Source: Candidatus Liptonbacteria bacterium | Lineage (GTDB): Bacteria; Patescibacteriota; Minisyncoccia; UBA6257; 2-01-FULL-56-20 | DNA length: 64,000 nucleotides | Assembly: GCA_016194445.1 (NCBI GenBank) | Contig: JACQBP010000040.1 | Coordinates: 20,402 to 84,401 of the forward strand | Reading direction: 5' to 3' | Shown here: positions 58,573-64,000 of the stretch, one piece after another | Numbering within the stretch: position 1 is the stretch's first letter | Layout: each line of letters starts with the position of its first letter | Position numbers and translations under genes: made by a program | The notes under the pieces: model-generated | What the model was told of the DNA's origin: nothing | Databases searched by the model: none | The model's input: the letters and a program-made list of their open reading frames with translations, nothing else

Positions 58573-60300
58573 ATGCTTCCAGCCTCCAAAAATTTAAATT
58601 GGGGGGTGGCGAAGACAACAAAAAAAGTGAATAAATTTCGAAAAATTTTTTTGAGTCTTTCATTAAAAGAGCAGAGGGTGTTTTTGGCGGCGAGTTTGGT
58701 TTTAATTTTATCCTTAGTGATACTCGGAGCTAATCTTTTGGGAAAATCAACGGAGGCGCTACCGGTGGGTGGCGGGGAGTATACGGAAGGAATGGTGGGG
58801 CAGCCAACTTTTGTTAACCCAGTGACGGCGAAGACGGAAGTGGATAAAAGTTTGGTGGCATTAATTTTTAGCCGGGTGGACGAGGTGGCCACTCAAATCG
58901 ATAATTTGAAAGATAAACCTTTAATCTGGAAGGTGAGGGTGAAAGAAGGATTGGTTTGGCCAGATCAAGAGAAATTAACGAGTGACGATATTGTTTTTAC
59001 CGTTTCGAAAATTCAAGATGAAGACATGCACTCGCCGAGCGCTCCGGATTGGCAAGGAGTGCGGGTCGAGAGACTGAGCGAGTTGGAAGTGAACTTTACA
59101 ATCGCGGCGCCAGATGCCTCTTTTTTAAATAATTTAAAAAATCTTTACATTTTGCCCAGCCATATTTTCAAGAGCATCCCCGCGCCTAACTGGCGAATCT
59201 CGGACTATAATTTAAGCCCTTTAGGAGGCGGTCCTTATAAATTTGTGACTTACGAAAAGCAAGCCAACGGTTTTATTAAAGAATATCACTTGAAGGCGAA
59301 TCCGAATTATCCTGGCGAGACCCTGATTCAAACGATCAACTTAAAATTTTACGAAGAAAAAAATGGTTTGCTAAAAGATTTTAATCGAGGTGGGGTGGAT
59401 GGGGTGGGTGGCTTAGTCGCGAAAGATCTAGAGGAGATAAAAAGGCCTTATGAAGCTTTATCTTTCCGACTACCTAACTACTACGCGATTTTTATGAACC
59501 AGAGCAAAAATGAAGCCCTGAAAGATGGAGGAGTCAGGAGAGCTCTGGAGATGCTGACGCCAAAAAATAACCTGGTCGACGAGATTTGGGGAGGACGAGG
59601 GAAGGTTCAAAACGGCCCGATTCCAGTCGACGCGCCTTATTTTTATACCGAAGAAAAAACGTCCGAAAAGACAGGAGTGCAGTTACTCGAGGCCGCGGGG
59701 TGGACGACGCCAGAGGCAACCAGTCAAACTCAAGGAACCGAAACCCCTGTGGGAGTGAGGCAAAAAACTATAAATAAAAAAACTTTCGGCCTCCAGTTTA
59801 ATTTGACGGTGCCAGATATCCCGTTTCTGGTTCAAACGGCCAAAAAAATAAAAGAGGCTTGGGAGGGGGCAGGAATGGAGGTAAAGATGGTCACCTTGCC
59901 GATAGAAGAAATTGATGGAAGAGTGATCAAAAATAGAGATTACGAACTGTTGCTCTACGGCAATATTCTTAGCGCGGACTCGGATCTTTTCCCTTTTTGG
60001 CATTCATCGCAAAGGTTTTACCCGGGGTTAAATTTTTCTCTTTACAGCAATCCTCAAGTCGACAAAATGCTCGAAAAGGCAAGGCAGACACTCGAATACG
60101 GAGAGCGGCAACAAATTTTCGCCAAAATCCAGAACCTGATAAATTCAGATAACCCGGCGATATTTTTATATTCACCGGATTATATTTATGCAGTGAAAAC
60201 AGATTTAAAGGGAGTCACCCCTAGTTTTATCGCCGAGCCGGCCGATCGGTTTAAATCAATCGGCAAGTGGTACTTGAAGACCGCGAGAGTATTTAAATAA
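58573..60300 (+). CDS. ABC-transporter substrate-binding protein, family 5 (peptide/nickel type), N-terminal membrane anchor
   Basis: 575 aa; N-terminal TM helix; overall SBP_bac_5 size and layout. Confidence 0.5.
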   Translation: MLPASKNLNWGVAKTTKKVNKFRKIFLSLSLKEQRVFLAASLVLILSLVILGANLLGKSTEALPVGGGEYTEGMVGQPTFVNPVTAKTEVDKSLVALIFSRVDEVATQIDNLKDKPLIWKVRVKEGLVWPDQEKLTSDDIVFTVSKIQDEDMHSPSAPDWQGVRVERLSELEVNFTIAAPDASFLNNLKNLYILPSHIFKSIPAPNWRISDYNLSPLGGGPYKFVTYEKQANGFIKEYHLKANPNYPGETLIQTINLKFYEEKNGLLKDFNRGGVDGVGGLVAKDLEEIKRPYEALSFRLPNYYAIFMNQSKNEALKDGGVRRALEMLTPKNNLVDEIWGGRGKVQNGPIPVDAPYFYTEEKTSEKTGVQLLEAAGWTTPEATSQTQGTETPVGVRQKTINKKTFGLQFNLTVPDIPFLVQTAKKIKEAWEGAGMEVKMVTLPIEEIDGRVIKNRDYELLLYGNILSADSDLFPFWHSSQRFYPGLNFSLYSNPQVDKMLEKARQTLEYGERQQIFAKIQNLINSDNPAIFLYSPDYIYAVKTDLKGVTPSFIAEPADRFKSIGKWYLKTARVFK

Positions 60301-60373
60301 GAGAAAACTGTCCCGCCCGAGGACACGACTTTGTGGTTTGATAAAGTTTGGTTTTTAAGATAACTGTGATAGG

Positions 60374-60721
60374 ATGGGAGAAATTAAAATGACTAAAGAA
60401 GAGATCAAAAAATATAAAGGGGTGCTCGAGCAAGAAAAAGCGCGCTTAGAAAAGGAAGTGGCGGAACACGAAAAACTGGTGGACTTTGGAGTCGATATTG
60501 ACGGGGCGGACGAGGAGGCGGACGAGGCGGAGGAGATGGGAAACCAAATGGCGATTAGCCACGATCTTAGAAAGAGGCTCACGGAAATCGAGGGAGCGTT
60601 CGACCGAATGAAGAATGGAACGTACGGGAAATGCGTCAGATGCGGAGGTGAGATTTCGAAGGAAGTTTTGGAGATTGTGCCGGAGTCGGAGTTGTGTGCT
60701 AAGTGTAAGAAAGCAGGTTAA
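60374..60721 (+). CDS. DksA/TraR-family C4 zinc-finger protein
   Basis: Coiled-coil N-terminus, acidic tip (DGADEEADEAEE) and C-terminal CVRCGGEIS...CAKC zinc finger. Confidence 0.6.
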   Translation: MGEIKMTKEEIKKYKGVLEQEKARLEKEVAEHEKLVDFGVDIDGADEEADEAEEMGNQMAISHDLRKRLTEIEGAFDRMKNGTYGKCVRCGGEISKEVLEIVPESELCAKCKKAG

Positions 60722-60749
60722 AGGTTGTAGGTGTTAGGTTATAGATCAG

Positions 60750-62276
60750 ATGCAAAAGAATTTAGCGAAAGTTTATTCGGCGGAACTCGAAGGAATCAAC
60801 GCGCGGTTGATTGAGGTGGAGGTTGACTTAAATGTCGGCCTTCATGCTTTTAATATCGTAGGGCTCGCGGATAAGGCCCTGAACGAAGCGAAGGAGAGAG
60901 TGAACTCGGCTTTAAAAAACGCCGGGGTGAAGCCGCCGAATCGAGAGAATCGAAAAATTACGATTAATTTGGCGCCGGCGGATGTGAAAAAAACCGGGTC
61001 GCAGTACGATTTGGCGATTGCGCTCGGATACCTCCTTTCGACCGGACAGATTAAAAACTTTGAAGCGAAAGATAAAATTTTTTTGGGCGAGTTGGCGTTA
61101 GACGGCCGGCTCCGGCCGATCGCGGGAGCTTTAAATATGGCGCAGTTGGCGAAAGAGGAAGATTTTCAATATCTTTTTTTGCCCGAAGAGAACGCGAATG
61201 AAGCGGCGGTGGTTCACGGAGTAAAGGTGATCCCAATTGATAATCTTCAAGACGCGATAGATTTTTTGGAGGAGCGAAAAGAGATTTCGCCAGCGGTTTT
61301 TAAGGTTCAACATACCAGATCAAGCGTGGTGCCAGATTTTTCCGAAATTAAGGGACAAGAGAACGCCAAGCGAGCGCTCACGATTGCCGCCGCGGGCGGG
61401 CACAATCTTCTGATGATCGGGCCGCCGGGGGTAGGAAAAAGTTTTTTGGCTCAAGCGACGGTGGGGATTTTGCCGGATTTAGGGCGAGAAGAAGCGATTG
61501 AGGTGACAAAAATTTACAGCGCCGCTGGACTAAATCCCGGAGGACTCATAATGTCTCGGCCTTTTCGAACACCGCACCAGACAGCATCATTAATCGCAGT
61601 GACGGGCGGAGGGACTTACCCCCGGCCAGGCGAGATTAGCTTAGCTCACCGAGGCGTGCTTTTTTTGGATGAAGTGCCGGAGTTTCAAAAAAATATTTTG
61701 GAGGCTCTGCGGCAACCGATGGAAGCGGGGGAGGTACACGTGGCCCGCGCTAAGGGCACGCTCGCGTTCCCGGCAAAATTTTCTTTGGTCGCCGCGATGA
61801 ACCCTTGCCCTTGCGGTTTTTACGGCGACGAGGAAAAAGAGTGCCGATGCACGGCTTACGAAGTCATTCGCTACCAGAAGAAACTTTCCGGGCCTATGCT
61901 AGACCGGATTGATCTTCAAATCAAAGTGCCGCGCGTGAAAATCGCGGAGCTTAGAGAGCGGAAAAATCTGAAGCCGGCGAGTCCAGAAATTAAAGCTCAA
62001 GTAGAGAGAGCTCGCTCGATTCAGGCGGCGCGGTTTAAAAATTCTAAGATTAGAACTAACGCCGAGATGAGTTCAAAACAAACCGAGGATTTGGTTAATT
62101 TGGAACCAGCGGCGGAAGATTTCTTAAAAACTTTTGACAAGACGCGGCTCTCGCCCCGAGGCTACTATCGCCTTATTAAAGTGGCTCGCACGATTGCGGA
62201 TTTAGAAGGAAAAGAAGGGGTTTCTGAAAATCATTTGGCGGAAGCGTTTAGTTATAGATTGAGGGAGGAGATGTAG
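60750..62276 (+). CDS. comM: YifB/ComM-family Mg-chelatase-like AAA ATPase
   Basis: N-terminal Lon-like domain (YSAELEGINARLIEVEVDL), Walker A GPPGVGKS, C-terminal Mg-chelatase domain; 508 aa. Confidence 0.7.
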   Translation: MQKNLAKVYSAELEGINARLIEVEVDLNVGLHAFNIVGLADKALNEAKERVNSALKNAGVKPPNRENRKITINLAPADVKKTGSQYDLAIALGYLLSTGQIKNFEAKDKIFLGELALDGRLRPIAGALNMAQLAKEEDFQYLFLPEENANEAAVVHGVKVIPIDNLQDAIDFLEERKEISPAVFKVQHTRSSVVPDFSEIKGQENAKRALTIAAAGGHNLLMIGPPGVGKSFLAQATVGILPDLGREEAIEVTKIYSAAGLNPGGLIMSRPFRTPHQTASLIAVTGGGTYPRPGEISLAHRGVLFLDEVPEFQKNILEALRQPMEAGEVHVARAKGTLAFPAKFSLVAAMNPCPCGFYGDEEKECRCTAYEVIRYQKKLSGPMLDRIDLQIKVPRVKIAELRERKNLKPASPEIKAQVERARSIQAARFKNSKIRTNAEMSSKQTEDLVNLEPAAEDFLKTFDKTRLSPRGYYRLIKVARTIADLEGKEGVSENHLAEAFSYRLREEM

Positions 62277-62372
62277 TGGTTTTATGAGCTTTAAGAGTCA
62301 TATAGCGCTATATGTGACTTGCGTGGAATATACTTGCCCTACTTGATATAATAAAGGTATTATCATTTACTA

Positions 62373-62543
62373 ATGAAAAAGTTGATTAAATTTTTACAAC
62401 CCAAAAAGATGGAGAAAAAGAGACTCCTCGTTTCGCCCATAGAGAGAGAAGAGTTGGAGAAGAAGGCGGTTGAAGGAGCAAAAAAAGCAGTAAAAGAATA
62501 CCGCCGAGTTTTTGAGCGTCTAGCAGAATATGATAGAACCTAG
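62373..62543 (+). CDS. small RHH/Phd-like putative antitoxin (56 aa; may start at Met13)
   Basis: Not in the ORF track (under 60 aa). KRLLVSPIEREELEKKAVEGAKKA has beta-strand + helix RHH character; overlaps the doc start by 14 nt. Confidence 0.3.
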   Translation: MKKLIKFLQPKKMEKKRLLVSPIEREELEKKAVEGAKKAVKEYRRVFERLAEYDRT

Positions 62544-62985
62544 CCATATTCACTATATTGATTTAGTGATGATGGAAAAAATGTGCCATCCAATCGCGGT
62601 GAATCTTTATGACTCAATGGCAGAACCTATGCCGAAATTCACCGATCACGAGGGAGCTTTGCTAGATTCAGCACTTAAAAATCCACAACAGAGTTACTAT
62701 CCGACTTTTACAAGAAAAGCGGCAGTTCTTTACTACGGGTTAATAAAGAATCATCCATTTAAAAATGGAAATAAGAGAACGGCAACCGCTTCGTTGCTTG
62801 TTTTCTTGTTTATTAATAACTTTTGGTTGGGAGTGCCTGACAACGAATTTGAGAGGGACATTGATGACTATCTAGTGAATCTTGCTCAAAAAGTCGCCAG
62901 ATCGGAGGGATCAAGCGGACGAGATAAATTTCTTGCAGAAATCGAAACTTGGTTATCAGAACATATTGTTGTTGCTAAAAAATAG
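62530..62985 (+). CDS. doc: Fic/Doc-family toxin (death-on-curing type)
   Basis: Fic motif HPFKNGNKRTA; 151 aa. Confidence 0.65.
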   Translation: MIEPSHIHYIDLVMMEKMCHPIAVNLYDSMAEPMPKFTDHEGALLDSALKNPQQSYYPTFTRKAAVLYYGLIKNHPFKNGNKRTATASLLVFLFINNFWLGVPDNEFERDIDDYLVNLAQKVARSEGSSGRDKFLAEIETWLSEHIVVAKK

Positions 62986-63016
62986 CCATGATTCTAAAAT
63001 TTTCGAATATGCCCCA

Positions 63017-63105
63017 GACGATTGCGGACATCGAAGGGAGTGCGGGGGGGTTCCGAAAATCATTTGGCGGAAGCGTTTAGTTATAGGTTAAGAGAGGAGG
63101 TGTAA
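63017..63105 (+). repeat. degenerate direct duplication of the last about 88 bp of comM (62189..62276)
   Basis: 63056-63089 matches 62228-62262 at 34/35 with a 1-nt deletion; flanking bases acgattgcgga...gaagg and ttagttatag.ttaagagaggagg.gta also conserved. The copy ends in a TAA-terminated remnant. Confidence 0.55.
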
Positions 63106-63143
63106 AAATTTGTATTTTGCAAGAATGGTAGTATAATAGAGAT

Positions 63144-63728
63144 ATGAATGTGAGTAAGATTAAAATTTTTAGGAAACTACTTGGGGTAATTTCGATAATT
63201 TCTCTGGTTATTTTTCTTACTTCACTTTTGCCTTTGTTGTCGGTAGGAGGTTGTAACACTAATTCCGAACTTAAGGATCTAAATAATCCTAGTAATATAA
63301 ATATATCAGTTACTCCGAATAAATGTATTGGTGGTTTTAAAGTAACGAACAACGGAGATGGTATAAGTTTAATTGCGATTAGAGGAAATATAGAAACTTT
63401 TGACGGTAAAAAACGCGGTTTTCTTTCAAATACTTTAGTGTGTGTGAGTTGGTTTGATAGGAGTAATTGGTCAGAAAAAATCGTTAGCCCAATAAATAGT
63501 ACTGAAACATGTGAGCCTTTTATTTTGGAGGCTGGAAAAGCATACCAATTTTACAGAGTAACAGGACCCTGGGAATTAACAACAAATAGAGGAACTGTAA
63601 CTGGAGTGTCAAAATCTTACAGTGCGCTTGGAAATTTTCACTTACTTTTCTTACTTAATTTATTCGTACTCATATTTTCCTATATTTTTTACACGATTCT
63701 TAAACGAAAAGCGAGAATGAAATCTTAG
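63144..63728 (+). CDS. hypothetical membrane-anchored protein (N- and C-terminal TM segments), AT-rich
   Basis: 194 aa; N-terminal TM, Cys/Gly/Asn-rich middle, C-terminal TM; lower GC than neighbours. Confidence 0.4.
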   Translation: MNVSKIKIFRKLLGVISIISLVIFLTSLLPLLSVGGCNTNSELKDLNNPSNINISVTPNKCIGGFKVTNNGDGISLIAIRGNIETFDGKKRGFLSNTLVCVSWFDRSNWSEKIVSPINSTETCEPFILEAGKAYQFYRVTGPWELTTNRGTVTGVSKSYSALGNFHLLFLLNLFVLIFSYIFYTILKRKARMKS

Positions 63729-63756
63729 GGCTACTAATACATTCTGCCAAAACCCT

Positions 63757-63783
63757 AAAAACCCCGCATAACGCGGGGTTTTT
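63757..63783. terminator. bidirectional rho-independent terminator (aaaaaccccgc ataa cgcggggttttt)
   Basis: Perfect 7-bp G/C stem with A-tract upstream and T-tract downstream, between convergent genes. Confidence 0.65.
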
Positions 63784-63812
63784 AGGGTTTTCTCTGACTT
63801 AGAATTCCCTTT

Positions 63813-64000
63813 TTAGATGTAACCAGAATCGCTCTCGCCGATCAGACCAGGACTGAGAGGCATAGCTTCGGGAGTGGAATTAAGGATCGGCTCGAAGTTG
63901 GGTTCGAGACTAGGAGTTTGGTCGGGCATCACTTCAGGCTCGGTGTTTTTTAATTTCTTTTCTGGATGACGGAAAAAGATGAGCCAAAGAATAAAGAGGA
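63813..64000 (-). CDS. 3' end of a minus-strand CDS running off the window (C-terminus ...PEAMPLSPGLIGESDSGYI*)
   Basis: Open minus-strand frame to the window end; stop is rc of 63813-63815; Pro/Glu-rich tail. Confidence 0.3.
   Translation of the reverse strand, partial: LFILWLIFFRHPEKKLKNTEPEVMPDQTPSLEPNFEPILNSTPEAMPLSPGLIGESDSGYI

Overview
This 64 kb window looks like a CPR/Parcubacteria-like bacterial genome: about 40-45% GC, standard genetic code, compact genes, many 4-bp stop/start overlaps. It is dominated by a very large cell-surface glycan biosynthesis supercluster (about 3.1-53.9 kb). From 14.1 to 55.7 kb every gene, about 40 in a row, is on the minus strand.

The cluster encodes several nucleotide-sugar routes:
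- GDP-D-glycero-D-manno-heptose: gmhA, hddA, gmhB, hddC.
- ADP-heptose-type: a reversed-domain HldE plus a standalone HldC-like adenylyltransferase.
- dTDP-6-deoxyhexose: short RmlA, RmlB, RmlD-like.
- GDP-6-deoxyhexose: gmd, two tandem fcl paralogs, gmm.

It also encodes:
- 9 SDR epimerase/dehydratases.
- 6 GT2 glycosyltransferases and 5 CgeB-like (DUF3880/GT1-like) paralogs.
- 6 methyltransferases: 3 FkbM, 2 Methyltransf_24-like, 1 type-11.
- A Wzx flippase, a Wzy/O-antigen-ligase-like protein, and a YfhO + DPM1-like GT2 + small DMT protein set.

The most unusual part is a tailoring block at 15.4-25.8 kb. It combines a B12-binding radical SAM enzyme, an acetolactate-synthase-like TPP enzyme, a PanB-like hydroxymethyltransferase-fold enzyme, a class-I aminotransferase and a DegT sugar aminotransferase. 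This points to a highly modified, possibly branched and amino-acid-decorated, heptose or 6-deoxy sugar that I could not match to a described pathway.

Left flank (1-3.1 kb) is decayed or mobile debris:
- A GC-rich IMPase-family gene fragment.
- A DUF4258/DUF2283 pair.
- A P-loop kinase interrupted by an in-frame TAG.
- A 14-nt motif repeated three times.

Right flank (54-64 kb) is housekeeping: rny, a candidate RNase P RNA, gpmI, a holin-like membrane protein, secG, a family-5 SBP, a dksA/traR zinc finger, and comM. An RHH/Doc toxin-antitoxin cassette sits just past the comM stop, bracketed by a duplicated comM tail.

No rRNA, tRNA or CRISPR array was recognised.
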